Source: Lingula anatina
Taxonomy: Eukaryota > Animalia > Brachiopoda
DNA: 64,000 nucleotides
NCBI GenBank assembly: GCA_051362555.1
Contig: CM120640.1
Coordinates: forward strand, 10,106,001 to 10,170,000
Reading direction: 5' to 3'
Under the pieces are notes generated by a model, which saw only the letters and a list, made by a program, of their open reading frames with translations, ran no database searches and was not told where the DNA came from. A program made the translations under genes and the position numbers. Below are positions 1 to 13,546 of the stretch, piece by piece; positions within the stretch are counted from its first letter, which is position 1; each line of letters begins with the position of its first letter.

Positions 1-2408
1 GATTGACATATTAATGAAGGTTTTAGATGGAGGTTCCGCGTCGCAAAGGTGATACACTAACACGAAAATAAGAAATGAATATGTATTTTTCTTTTCGTAT
101 CTGAAAGAGTTTTGCTTAAGTAAAGGCACTGTTTGTTTTCGTCCCAACAACAATTTGTAACAGTGTAACAACCATTCGATAGTTCCATTTGGCCTATGTC
201 GTTAAAAACTCCCCTAATTTGACGCGGCAAAACAATATGTAAAGTACATTTATTTTCAATGTTTCATGCCCCAGGTGTCATATTTTCTACATATGTTTCA
301 AAATGAATAAGTGCTCGAATACGCTTCGAATTTGAATTAGGTCCTATTTTGTTTGAAATGCAGATGTTAATTCTTCGACTTTATTAAAAACAGACGAAAG
401 GAGTCGGGGAAATTATAAAACACATTTAAACTACAGAAGGTGAAAAACGCAGATGGTCATTAGTAAAATGATACTGGGATTTAATCTGCCACCATAGAAC
501 ATAGGGCGACAAATGACAGTTAAATGGGTGTTAAATTATTGGGCAGATTACTCCCATTCCTTCTTAAGCCTTTTCAGATAGTGATAATTGATAGGGGCAG
601 ATCACCAAAAAGTGAACACATATTTTTCTCAGTTTCCACCACTTGATATGTAGCTTCTTAGGAACATAAGTTAAAACCCGGTTAATGTTTCGTCTTTGAT
701 TCATTGCTCTTTTTTCTTTAAGGTAGGCATGCGGGTCTCTAATTCACATTTCTGAAAACTTATCAGCGCAAAGAAGCCGTGATATCCGTGCACAATGTTT
801 AAGTATTCAAAACATATTTTACCCCGCCCCTTCCCTTGCGGGACTTAAGTTAATGCGATTTGCACGTTATTCAATAAAACACGTTAGAAAACCTTACTCA
901 TAGTTATAAAAAGAAGATAAAAAATAGGGTGACAAAATGCGAAGAAGTCTCAAACTAAGAACATTGATACAGATTTTGAGGCAGGTGGCACCGACAGTTT
1001 AACCTTTCGTTACAGTGCATAAAGCAGCTGTCACTTTTACAATCATTTAATGATTAGACGTTAAATTCAGTAGGAAACAGAGAACTGTAGAGACAAACAA
1101 CGTATCACAGGTGGAACAAAATATGTGTCATGTCAGATGATCACTCTAATCTTATTGTTACTTCCCACGTTAAAGTCAAGTTTTAAGCGATCTTATCTCG
1201 GAGGAAATGATCAAGTCTTTGAAATGTAGAAATACATAGGCCTTCCTTGTTCTGTTTAATGCCCCCAAAATAGTAGTATGGAGTTTCTTTGGCATCTGCA
1301 GTTTTTCATTGGAAAAGTGTCGTTCATATCAAAGAGGGGCACCCTGAGTGTCAGGGTATTTGTTGTCAATTATCTTTGGATATTGAGCATCGAAACTAAA
1401 TTTATCTGGTGTATCATTTAAGATGCTTTTTTTCAGTGACAAAACAAATTTGGAATTGTTCAGGCTTGGTTGAAGAACATTGGTTGAAGAAAGTTTATTG
1501 GCTCCCGAGTATTGTCTGAAACTGTAAAAGAATAATGGAATGACTTACAAGAGGTGTTCAAATAGGTAGACGCAATTAGCTTGCATTCTAGAAGAAATGG
1601 ACATACAAAAACGTTTTCGTTACTTTTTCCTGTAAGGTGCACTCGTTACTCCGACGCTGTCTTTTTTTCCCCGAAAGTTAGAAATTCTCAGCTGTTAGCC
1701 CTTCATCCTTACCACTGTGCCAAAGATTAATAGAATGTCGTTGCATCCTTTTCACATTTTCTGAAACCAAGCATCTCTTTCGACATGTCAACTTTAAACA
1801 ACAGCTCCTACGCGTGAGGAACCCCTACGTAGAGAAGATAAGTTTTGCTTTTAACGCTGCTTTGACTTTGACTATAAAATAAAAGACACAGGGGTGAGTT
1901 TGTGAGAAAAATCTTGTAAAAAGACCTTTGAAAAACTTCACTGAAACAGAACCCTGGAGCAATAGCTTTTTTTATCATTACCCCAATTAATAAAATCCTG
2001 AATCCACATTATGGGCGTGTTCGTCTGATGACGTGACTCAGACTGACATCTAATCTGATCAGGCGTGGGTCTGGTGTGAACGACGCTATGGCTACAAGAA
2101 AAATGTCGAGAATATGCAGATAATCCTGGGTTTACGTGGAAAATATTTTTATGCCGCCATGGAACACGAAATATTCACCTTTCTTAACCAATTCCAGGTA
2201 AATTAGGATATTTTCCTTCGAGAAAATTAACTTCTTGATAAGAAATAAGTTAAATAAGTTGTCCAAGTGAGATAAGAGGTAATGCTTTTTTTTATTTTAC
2301 GTTTGCCGAAATAGTTACAATTCACGAGCAACAAAATATTCTATACTGATCGTTTCGATGTAATTTTCGAAAAAGAGCCTGCATAGCAAGGTATATCACA
2401 TAGTAATA

Positions 2409-2616
2409 CCCCCTTTACACTGGACGGCGTCCTTTCTGCGACCATGAAATTTGGCATCGCTGTGGTCTAAATAAGGAAACACGAGCATTGATTTTGTATC
2501 AGAATGAATGCTCAATGATCGGCCAGTTGTCGGCACGCAAAGTATTATAATATTTTAACTCTCAAATGGGGCCGTACTGCTGGACGCAGAAAGGACGCCG
2601 TCCAGTGTAAAGGGGG
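2409..2616. mobile_element. MITE with 32-bp perfect terminal inverted repeats (Harbinger-like termini)
   Basis: ccccctttacactggacggcgtcctttctgcg ... cgcagaaaggacgccgtccagtgtaaaggggg, with a central imperfect hairpin gagcatt...aatgctc and no coding capacity. Confidence 0.8.
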
Positions 2617-4230
2617 CTCAAATGTGACCAGTCTCTTAGTTTGAATACATGTAAAACCAAAATGTGATAGATGTGACTTTTAACTGCAACCCACAATTGC
2701 TTCTGCAGAGTAAATAAACAAAATTAAAAGAATAATCAAATTAGATAAAATAAAACGAATAAAAGTGTCAATATACATTGTGAAAGGTTTACTTCAAATA
2801 AATAAACACATAACAGAAACATGACTTTATAACAATATAACAACCCAATCACTGACTTACATAGTGTACTCCATATCAACACTGAATAAATAGTAACGTT
2901 AACAAAAAATTATAAATAATTAAATTAAAAAAAAAAAGAAAACACTTGCAAAGTGAGGAAAAATTAATTGTATTGTGACTTAAAAACATATTCATAATTA
3001 AATATCTGCAGATTTGGGGCAAATCTTTTGTCAGTGCAGATGGTAAATAAAACAAAATAAAACAAAAATTGGTGATTTCTCCTTGGTAAGTTGTAACATT
3101 TGCTACTTCAGCCATCCTTTTTCAATAATGTTATATGTGGTGGTGCTATCAGATTGTAATATTTAAACACCAGCATCTAGGTAGTTACAAAGTGCACAGC
3201 ACAGTTCTTGGTTGTTGCTGTCAATGTAGAATAACTGCTATAAGAAATCAGCTTTCTATTTAACTACTATTTCGGATACTGAAAAAATCTGCAAATAGCA
3301 TCAAAAATATAATATGGAATTTAGATTTTATTCCTTTCATGAATAAATGTGCTGGCAGACACAAGAAAATGAGACAAAAAGAATGGCCTACAAGTGTATG
3401 CTTAAAATCAATCAAAACTGTGGCACCAATGGCAGTGATATACTCTGATAAAACCTAATTATGAAATAATAAAAATATACACAGAGATTCACATAATGTG
3501 ACAGCTGCAGTAAACTTAGTGTATCACATCAAATTCATAAGATCACTCAAATGTTGTAGTAAACAGGTTTTTTTTTAGTTTTCAGTCAAATAACCATAAC
3601 ATAATCATCAAGAGTGGATATTTGAGCTCAATATTGGCAAGAATGACATCTGATTAACCTTTTTGACCATAACTAAGATATATACCTTAATGATTTAAAG
3701 AAATATATAACATGCATATCATATTGGTTATAAATTATACCAAGAATGCATTACAAAGAAGATTTCAAATATCGCTTTTTATGCCAATTTATGAAATCAA
3801 ATGATACATTTACAAAAAAGTTAAAATATTCAGGATTTCACAGGTACCATAACATCTTCATAAAAACTGACTAGAGATAACCCATTTTCCAGGCTGATTT
3901 TGAACATTTTGGTTGAACATTTTTGTAATACATTCTTGATTTTATATATATATCAAAAATTATCTTTGGTTGTATCATTGACTTATATGGAAATTACTGA
4001 GCAAGGAAAGTCCTGTCATAGTGCATAAAATGTGTGATTATCAATATGTACTGCAGTACATTGTAAGAACAAAAGAACATAAATTACAAATACCTATTTT
4101 TATAAAAGCTCCTGTATCCTATTGAGAAATATAATGAAAATCTTACAAGCACTATGCAGTATGAGTCACAATAATATCTCCAGGCTATGGAAATGTGATA
4201 CAACTAGTTACTTCAGAAATTGAATTTACT

Positions 4231-4791
4231 TTATCGTTTCTTTTTCCCGAAAGTGCTGTTATAAGTTGTTTCCCAAACCATGCTCTTTGCTTCATCTGAA
4301 TACACATCTGGTATCCATCCTATGGGAGATGACACCATCTTGACACTGTTCTTTCCTTTCAATTTCTTCTCATATTCTATCAACTGTTTCCAGAAGCCCA
4401 CATTAGGTCTAATAAAGGGTCTTTTGGCTTTGACATGGCTGAATGCATCTCTCAGGGACATCTTATAGTGTTTCATCATGTAGGCAATACAGATGGTGGC
4501 CGATCGACTGACCCCTGCGATACAGTGGACCAAAGTTTTCCCTCCTTTGCTTTGCACACTTTTGATTTTATCAGCACAGCGGTCAAAATACACAGCCAAA
4601 TTGGTGTGTGGAACATCATCCACATTAATCTGAAGAGCTTCAACTCCTTTGATTCTCAGATTTGGTACCTCCATTGTGATGTTAATGATGCATGTGATCC
4701 CACGCTCTTTTATGCGTTTCTCTGACAACGCAGAGGCGCTGCACAAAAAGAGATGGTCAGTGACTTGAGCAATCTGCATGAATATAGACAT
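4231..4791 (-). CDS. Atypical dual-specificity phosphatase, DUSP14/18/21 family (186 aa, single coding exon)
   Basis: From ATG 4791: MSIFMQIAQVTDHLFL...VDDVP...VHCIAGVSRSATICIAYMM...RPFIRPNVGFWKQL. It has the HCxxGxxRS catalytic loop and the AYLM-like motif. A 5'UTR intron is likely (acceptor ~4959, donor ~5912). Confidence 0.93.
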   Translation of the reverse strand: MSIFMQIAQVTDHLFLCSASALSEKRIKERGITCIINITMEVPNLRIKGVEALQINVDDVPHTNLAVYFDRCADKIKSVQSKGGKTLVHCIAGVSRSATICIAYMMKHYKMSLRDAFSHVKAKRPFIRPNVGFWKQLIEYEKKLKGKNSVKMVSSPIGWIPDVYSDEAKSMVWETTYNSTFGKKKR

Positions 4792-5912
4792 CTTGTCTGA
4801 TTGATTGTACACAAAACAGTAACACAGTAGTAGAAAGGATATTCCCTTGGTTATTATTATTGTAAGTTCATTATTTACTGATTGTTGGTCAGAGGTCTCC
4901 CCTGAGTTTTGTGAGTAATTTTCACCGAGCAAAAACAGCTTGAGACACTATGGAGATTCTGAAAGAAGGAATAAACATATATAAATGCAAGGCAAATCCA
5001 TGGTGTATTAGTCAAATACTAGTATATACTGTACTCATACCTTAACTTACAGTTGAATCCATTATTTGAACAGACATATTTCACACATAGACAAAAAATA
5101 GTGAAACTGACAAACTCTTTCCTCTGTTAATCCTGCTTCATTTCGTTGGTACTAGAAAGAAATCTAAATGGAGCTCAGTCAATTCTTATTCTGGAGCGCT
5201 ACTGTACTGATAAGAACTCAAAGTACTGCAGTTACTTTAAACCAGTGTATCGTAAAAAGATATGACTATGCAACAAGAATACCTCTATAATACCTGCATT
5301 AATATAAATACCAGCAAATAAAATGTGAAATTTTTTGTGGTAGAATTCCTGACTGTGCTGCAGGTTTATGTGTACATGTACATGTAGGCTAACTAACTTA
5401 CCATGGATAACACCTTACAGTCTTGTGAAACAAACTACCAGTCAAAGAGTAATTATTTTAGGATAATGATTTTTCCCTTATTTTTTTGTCACAATATTCC
5501 CTAGAGACTAGACTGTAATCATATCATGCAAACGCGCAATCAGCTTAGAAGCGCAAACTGTTATATTGGTAACTTCTATTGATAAATGTTTTAAAAGCAT
5601 CAGATCTGATTTTTTTCATATTCTAAACCCCTAGGCTTATGCTTCGGTGCGCAGCTTGTCACATATTTGCTGTGGGAGTTTTACATCAGTGTTCTTCGTT
5701 TATCAATAATATATGATTCCAGTATGATGATGTGTATGTGCCAGTAACGTCAGTAACAGTCCCAGTGTTGTCAAGTGCCAATGCTGTACATTTCCATGAA
5801 AACAGTTATACTTAGACAATCCTACTTTAACTAAATTATGTCACCATAGTTTTCTCCGCAATCCTCAAAATGTGGTCATCATATAACAACTCTACAAGTG
5901 AAATTATCGTAC

Positions 5913-6243
5913 CTTTTCTTGCGTCGTTGCTATCCACCACTTTCCACTGTTGATGGTCTGTGAAAGGCAAAATGAGTGGATAAAAAAACCTAACGATACA
6001 TGGTCAATAGATCAATAAATAAATGCTATCATAGAACAATATTACAAATATTGATACCAAAGAAGATTCGTTTCATCTTTATCACAGCCTGTATTTGATA
6101 CATTGGAGTGCTACACTCATGGTTTCTCTTAGGATAACGTTTAGTAAAATCGATTAAAGCTGCCTTAAAATTCTTTTAAATAAAAAGTACGGAATATTAG
6201 AATTGTAATGCCCGGATGTTCCGCGCCATGTGCAACTTTGAAA
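5913..6243. promoter_or_regulatory. Probable bidirectional promoter DUSP / NUP43
   Basis: The putative DUSP non-coding exon (donor at ~5912, minus strand) lies ~330 bp from the NUP43 ATG. The region is locally CpG-rich, with ETS-like CCGGATGT at ~6212 and YY1-like AAAATGGCGG over the NUP43 start codon. Confidence 0.55.
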
Positions 6244-7240
6244 ATGGCGGAGGTCAATGCCAAATTCATTTCACAAAAAATCAGTAAAATTCGTTGGCGC
6301 CCGACATCACAGAAAGGTTTAGAACAGTCAGATACATTTGTTACAGGTAGTTGGGATAATGGGGTAAGTGACTTGTGGTAAGTTAAAGCGTTCTAGGGGT
6401 AATCGCAAAATAACCGATTGCTATTCAGTCTTAGATTAGAACCTGTCACACCGATGTCATTGTTAACAATTATTAGTACCGTTCCCTTGTTAGGAGAAAA
6501 TGAAATTTAATAACAGTATGAACATTGTCATTTGTAAATGCATGGTTAAAGGAAGTTAATTTTGAGTGCATTAGATTATGTTAGAGTTTAGAAAAATAAT
6601 GCATTTTTTGACTGCCCCCCCACCCCACCCCCAAAACCAACACCACCCCACTCATAAACACGTAACCGGTTACGAACATCTACCCAGATTCAAAAATACC
6701 ATGTGTTAAGTTTTAAAATTATAACCATATACCTACATGTCATTTCTCACACAATATCTTGTATTGGAAATTCTAAAAAAGTTTAGTTTCATTAGCTGTT
6801 CCTGGTTTTGTCATGAATTTATTTCATACTGAAGACAAACCATATATAAGAATATTTTTGTTTATCTAGGCTTCAAATAAAGTGTGTTTATGGACCCAAG
6901 CAGAAGGAGAAAAGGAACAGTTAAATTTCTCTTTGTCCAGACAGCAGCCACCAGAGTCGGGGCCTAGATTGCTGTGTGAGGTACTTCACTGTGGGGACGT
7001 CACAGACATACAGGTATGATGGATACTTCTCACTGATGTCATTTTCAATGAGATTGAGCAGACTCAGTGGAAACACTGCCATGTCTGTGGGTCATATCAG
7101 TGTAGTTTTGAATGTAACCTAGAGTTAATGTGAACAGACTTAGGATGTATACCAAAAGCCAATATGTTTTGGCGTTAACTGAATTGATATTTGCCATACC
7201 ATATTGGCATATATAAACATACCATTCCCAAAGGGTGGCA

Positions 7241-7272
<32 letters not shown>

Positions 7273-10200
7273 AGGTCTTTTTTCCTGGTTATTAAGGTTT
7301 TTGTGCTTTTAGTGACATCATGTCGAAAGTATACTATAAGTGACCTGATCTGAAGCTATCAGCATATAAGGGTTTTGGCTTTTAAAGATGGTTCATGAAT
7401 TTCATCAGATTTTGATAAGGCGAAAGCTCAGATACGGCATTTTATAGGATAACAGGCACTGAGTTTAAAGCTTTAAAACCCAAGCTTTAGGCATGCAACA
7501 ACCCTAAGAAAAAAAGAAGTACCCAAACTATATCATCCCCATGTCATTAAAGGATCCAACTGTAAATGCTGGTTGAAAACATTAAAAAATATTTACTTAC
7601 CTGGTAGGGGAAGAAGGTGTGCTTCTGTTATAACATTTCACTTTACTGTCTACTGATTTGTGATCAGCTGTGTGTGGTGTGGTGGGAAGGTAATTTGAAG
7701 TTAATCCAGAATAGTCAGAATAAGCCAACTTACCCTTTATAGCTATTGATTTGGGGATTATCACACACGAACAGGAAACACTTACAACAAAAAAAGAGAG
7801 GATTTTTGCTCAGGAAAGCCCATGGGAGTGTTTTCTACCCAAATATAACTTTTGTGCATTATTGATATTATCAGAATTTCTAGTCATACTCTGTTGCTGT
7901 TGTCTGTGTGTGATATAAAATTACAAGGGGATTTCCTCTTACTAGAGATTACACTTAATATTGTTGTTTCCTAAAATTTTGAATTTAAGGCAATATTTGT
8001 TGTAATACAAAATATTTTACATTTTTATTTCAGTTTTTTAATCATGAAAATATACTCGTAGCCTCATCAACAGGACAAGTCAACTTATACAAGCATTTTA
8101 AAAATTCACAGGTAAGGCCATTTATCACATTAATAACTTTCTTAATTATGCTATTATCAACAAAATGAAAACAACAAAATGATATTTAAGAACTCATCAT
8201 TTCATGAAGTGCAATTTTTACATGAGTAAAACTTTTTATTCATTTTCTTTTACTAACCCAAAATGAATCGTATTTTAACAAAGTGGACCACAGGTCATAG
8301 ATGTAGAATACACTAGACAGTTAAAATATATTATAAGGAGTTGTTAAGCTTTAATCAGATATTGAATTATTCCAGACCCTGGGTGTTGCCCAGAGCTGGC
8401 ATGTCCACAAGAACAAGCAGAGTTCCTGTCCCTGTACCAGTGTGGCATGTAGAGGACAGGATGTGGTCACTGCAGGGGAGGATGGCAGGTTGAATATTCT
8501 GGCAATTGGTCAACAGGCACCTGTAAGGTCCATTGGTAGGTGAACAAGTTTGTTGGTAATGTGTGGTTTAAATGTGCATGTCTTTTTATGTCTTTATTGG
8601 CCAATTTGTCCAATTTGGTCTGTTTTGAGTACCTACAGCTATTGCCTAAGGTAAGAAGTAATGGTGTTTATGAAAGTACTGATATTTAACCCGATTTGGA
8701 TCATTTCAAATCTGTGGACAGTTTTATGGTTTGTATATTATTTGTTGATTAACATAACAGTTCTTATTAGATATGACTTTTTTCCAGAAAAAGCTGACAG
8801 CTGCTCAATCAATGGTGTGAACTACTATAAACACTATGAAGTGATCACAGTGAACTCCAGTGGGCAGCTCAAAGTTTATGACCTAAGACAACCTGAAGAT
8901 GAACCTAGCAGAATCTTTCTCTTGTAAGTAAACCTGGGGCAGCACTTACACTCGCCAATTTAGCCAAATACTAAACCTGACTTAAATTGGTTAAAGAAAA
9001 AGGGTCTGATTTGATTTGTTTTAGTCAAATTAACCATTTTGATAACAAATTGACAAACAATGGTGATTTGGCTAAGCGAAAAAAAATTGCTAGTGCTACC
9101 CCAGTAAATGAAATGAGTCCTTTTGGCAATTGCATAGCATACAGTAATGTAGTTAGAAATATATAGATAGTATTATATAATGAGAGTGAAAATAGTTTTA
9201 TTGGCAGTGTATTGTATTGGAAGTGTAAACAACGTAAGTTTTAGCTCAAGGTTAAATTTGCCCGTTATACAGATGTTAATGATTTCTTAAAGAATTACTC
9301 TATGTAAAGAAGAAGATAGCTACTTGGTAAGCCTTTAGAATAAAACATCAGTCTAATTTACAATATTATACCAAACACTTGTTTTATTGTCATAATCGCC
9401 GTTGTTTGATTGTATGTGTTTCAGTGCCATACTGCAATTTATACTACAGAAATGATGGTTGGATAATTGAAGGGTTAATCATCCAAAATTTTACATGTAT
9501 TATTGAAAAATACATAATGAATGAAAACATATCCATTTCAGTGCTATAATAAATGGCATTAGTAATTGAATTAGATATATTAGCATGACACATGCAGAGG
9601 TTTATATATAATTTTTTTTCTGACAGAACTGGAGAAAGAATACCATTGCACTGTGTGGATACTCATCCTAGTCAGCCTCATATAGTGGCCACCGGGGGAC
9701 AGGACGGGGTGCTGTGTATATGGGACATGAGACAGGAGAAATTCCCTGTCACACTGCTAGATGCACATGCTGCGGACAGTAAGTGGGTTGCAGTATTTGT
9801 GGTATTAATGTTATCTTAGTCAAAGAAATCAAGATTTTAAATCTTGAGGAAATGGTTAAGTAACTTGCAAATTATGTGTGGTGATATTCGCCACAGTTTA
9901 TTCGATTCTTTGTATGATTTTTAGCAAATTTGTTTGCTGAATTACATTGTATGTTTTGTTTTAAGTGCCCTTACAATTGGATCTTGAGATTTTTGTGTTG
10001 TAACCATACTCAAATTATTTATTTATTGTTAAATTTTTATTATGTACAGACACAGATGTGTCTGTACATATAGCCATCATCTGCGTCTGTCGTCGCCGTC
10101 GCCGTGCACTTTTACCGATAACACGATAAGTGGAAAACCATTTTACCTTTTGACTTGAAACTTGCAGAACTGATGAATATTCATAATACGCAGGTCAAGT

Positions 10201-11412
10201 TCGAAAATCAGCATGATCGGGTCACTATTAGGGAATTTATGCTGTTTTTTCACTTTTTTCAGCATATATGCAGCACCGATAACACGATAAGTGGAAAACC
10301 ATTTTACCTTTTGACTTGAAACTTACAGAACTGATGAATATCCATAATACGCAGGTCAAGTTCGAAAATCAGCATGATCGGGTCACTTTTAGGGAATTTA
10401 TGCTGTTTTTTCACTTTTTTCAGCATATATGCAGCACCGATAACACGATAAGTGGAAAACCATTTTACCTTTTGACTTGAAACTTACAGAACTGATGAAT
10501 ATTCATAATACGCAGGTCAAGTTCGAAAATCAGCATGATTTAGGGAATTTATGCTGTTTTTTCACTATTTTCAATATAAATGCAACAATATAATATAAAT
10601 ATATATAAATAATCAATATAAATATAACAAAAACGGATTGGCCAATTGTAATTATACTCACAGGAGTGGTCAATCTTACTAAAACGCAGGTTGAGTTCGA
10701 AAATCAGCATAATCAGGCCATTATTTTAGAAGTTATACTGTTTTTTCACATTTCCTCAGATTCAATTATTAGGCATGTTAACAGTCTCATTATTTAACTA
10801 ATAAGATGCCTAATAAGATGTTTGTTTGATATTTTCTGCATCTTTACAACATTGTTAGTTGATTATGTAAAAAACATGGTAAACTTGTTATCATGTATTG
10901 TGTAATAAAGTGTCAAAAATGGAAATAAACTCATATCATTGCAGTTTGTCAGATTCAATCATCCACTATGTTCAGAATCTCAGAATGGAGGAAATTGGAC
11001 ATTTAACACTGTTCTATTGATCCCATCTCATCAATTTTCTTAGTTGGTCATATAAAAATGGCAGTAAAATGTTTATTTTGTTTTATGTTAAAAAAGTGTT
11101 AAAATGGAAATAAACCCATTTCAGAACAGTGCTGTCTTGTTTACATTTTGGCATTTTCAAGGTGTGACTTTGAAGTTCCATGGGCCTGAAGACTTTTGCT
11201 CGTCGCATTTTCTGAATATCTGTGATACAAATATTTTATAACATTATGTTAAACATTATGTAATATTGCATCAAAATTTGATGAAACCCCTATTTTGGAC
11301 ACTGCTTCCATGATGACCATTTAAGGAATATCATGTCACTTACTGTTCTCAAACTTACAGGAAAGAAACATGGGACTAAAATACAGCTTCAGTAGGCAAT
11401 GCAGTCTGTTTG

Positions 11413-11448
<36 letters not shown>

Positions 11449-12607
11449 GCAGTTAAACAGTTTTTTGTGAAAATTTAATTTTTCACATATTGGCATTTTC
11501 AAGGTGTGACTTTAAAGTTCCATGATCCTGAAGACTTTTGCTTGTCATATTTTCTGAATGTCCATGTTACTAATATTTTATTAATAACATTTGATTGTCA
11601 TTATGCTGTTAAACATTATGTAATGTTGCATCAAAATTTGAAGAAACCCCTATTTTGTGCACTGCTCCTATGATGACCATTTAAGGGAAATCATGTCACT
11701 TACTGTTCTCAAACTTACAGGAAAGAAACATAGGTCTAACATACAGCTTCAATAGGCAACGCAGTCTGTTTGGTAAATTTTTCTGGCAATTTAACAGTTT
11801 TTTGTGAAAATTTAATTTTTCACTTATTTGCATCTTTATTTTCTGTTTTTTTTGTCTGTACATTTGACAGCTTTGCTGCCTTGTTAATAATGAATTAAAA
11901 ATTGCTTTAAATAGAATCATTATGGTAAAGAATGGAATTAATGCAGTATTTATAATAATTACAAAAGAAAAAATAAAATAAATAAATAAATTCTCTTTCA
12001 TTTTAGTGTGGGAGGTCAAATTTCACCCGAGATACCCTGATAATTTATTTACCTGTTCTGAAGATGGCACAGTCTGGCACTGGGATGTGACCAGTGTCAG
12101 CCATACCAGGACTCCAGCACAGTCACAAGGTAGGTGGTATGGACATGATAATGGGACAGATAATATTGTGGATGTTTTAGGTTATATAGAGTTGTTTAAA
12201 ATTATTTTTCTGATGCGTCTTTTCTTACTTTATGCAGTTAAATTAACCTAGGTAGATTGTCTTGAGAAAACTTCGTTTACTGATTGAGTATTTATGTTTC
12301 ATATATTTGAATAGCAAATTAAAAGTGTCTGTAAAAATTAATAGAAGTAAAAACCATCTTTTCAGGCACACCTGGTAGTGTACAATCAAGAACAGTTCAT
12401 CATCTCCCAGCCACAACACAACCCAAGCCTTCAGGTTCCAATCCCTGGCTAACAATTGATGCCTCAAAACATAGGATAGAAGTGACTAATTTAATGCATG
12501 GCTCTAACTTTTTGCCAATCAACACATTGGACATTGAATCAAATACCGTTATATGTGGTGGTGACAGTGAGGCAATATATGTGATACCAAATTTGGTGAT
12601 TAGGTAG
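6244..12607 (+). CDS. NUP43: Nucleoporin Nup43 (WD40), 8 coding exons
   Basis: Exons 6244-6363, 6870-7013, 8034-8111, 8376-8535, 8788-8923, 9627-9778, 12007-12129, 12366-12607, all GT-AG and in frame. Peptides MAEVNAKFISQKISKIRWRP, TGSWDN, GEDGRLN, VNSSGQLKVYDLRQ, ATGGQDGVLCIWDMRQ, MWEVKFHP..LFTCSEDGTVWHWD and GDSEAIYV match known Nup43. Confidence 0.96.
8934..9104. mobile_element. Small degenerate MITE at the start of NUP43 intron 5
   Basis: TIR ctggggcagcact / agtgctaccccag, with inner ttagccaaat / atttggctaa. Confidence 0.55.
10114..10750 (+). repeat. 161-bp tandem repeat (about 3 near-identical units plus a degenerate fourth)
   Basis: Unit accgataacacgataagtggaaaacc... starts at 10114, 10275 and 10436. 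Confidence 0.95.
11148..11825 (+). repeat. ~340-bp direct duplication inside the HINE-like element
   Basis: ttggcattttcaaggtgtgacttt...cttacaggaaagaaacat...ttttcac occurs at ~11148 and ~11490. Confidence 0.85.
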
Positions 12608-13546
12608 CATTAAATGAATTAACTGTTTGTATCTAAAACATGGAGATCTCTGTCTGCCTTGTTTCTGCAGTTAAGGCCCATTATTCCATCAGAGGAAATA
12701 TTATTGCAAATATTTTTCTACCTCATTTATGGGATGTTTCACAGCAGCTCTTGACAAGTCGTCCAAACCAAATAAAACTTGGTTTATTTACTCAACTGCA
12801 CATAGATGTCATTATCAAGGGAATTCCATGCTTTCAGGGGAAATGTTTGTGACTCAGTCACATACTAGAACTGGTTCACTGGAAAATTCAGGACATCTTA
12901 GCCATAAGTAACCATCTAGACATTTTTCCTGACAAATATTTTCAGGTGCTTAAAATACAAACTAGAAGTACATTTTTACAGTGTTGTGCAAGCTATTTCA
13001 TACCAGTTAACACAAGTGTCCTATTAGATTTCATTGAATGGGTTTCACTATAAATTTTGAGATAAAAATGTGAATTTATATGGGATACAAATGTTCATTT
13101 GTTATAAAGTCTTTGTTAAACGCATTTTAATTGACTGAGGGAGACCCCATACTAATGAAGAAATTATGGCAATTTGCAGCACTGAAAGGGTGCAATTTAA
13201 AATTTCAAGTACTCTAAACTTTTTCATTTTCAAAGCTGCAGCAAATATCAGTATATTGGACATGAGAAGCAAACAAATCTTAAAATGAAGTGAAATATGA
13301 CAAAAAAAATAAAATTATTTATATTTAATACACTTGTGGCATTTTCGTACTTGATTGTATTCATAGTTGCCTCCAGTCAAAAAATGCACAGGTTAAAAAA
13401 GAACCAAGTAGCCTACATTTACATGTATGTGCTTATGCCTGTTGGATGCCAGTGGAATGTTGCACAAACTTTAAGCTGTTCCTTTGTTTAAAGCTGTATT
13501 AGAAAACATTTTCTAACATCATGTCACTTGGAAACTTTTGAATAAG

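Larger units (their letters stand above)
10034..11885 (+). mobile_element. Non-autonomous Helentron-type element (HINE/DINE-1-like) in NUP43 intron 6
   Basis: 5' T-run plus hairpin tatgtacagacac-agat-gtgtctgtacata (10041-10070), then a GTC/GCC microsatellite and a 161-bp tandem array. The 3' end has subTIR tgtctgtacat (11853-11863), stem-loop gacagc-ttt-gctgcc and terminal ttgtt. Confidence 0.75.

Noticed and set aside
30-230. Inverted repeat ccgcgtc...gacgcgg
   Set aside because: Short and imperfect with no TSD; cannot be distinguished from chance.
4792-4932. 47-aa hydrophobic N-terminal extension of the DUSP
   Set aside because: It begins at a TTG from the bacterial-style ORF track. The first ATG is 4791, which fits the family N-terminus.
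10114-10600. 161-bp array as a CRISPR array or hammerhead-bearing retrozyme (contains CTGATGA...CGAAA)
   Set aside because: Units are identical along their length with no unique spacers, and the context is eukaryotic. No stem II closing pair or stem I can be formed around the CTGATGA/GAAA boxes.
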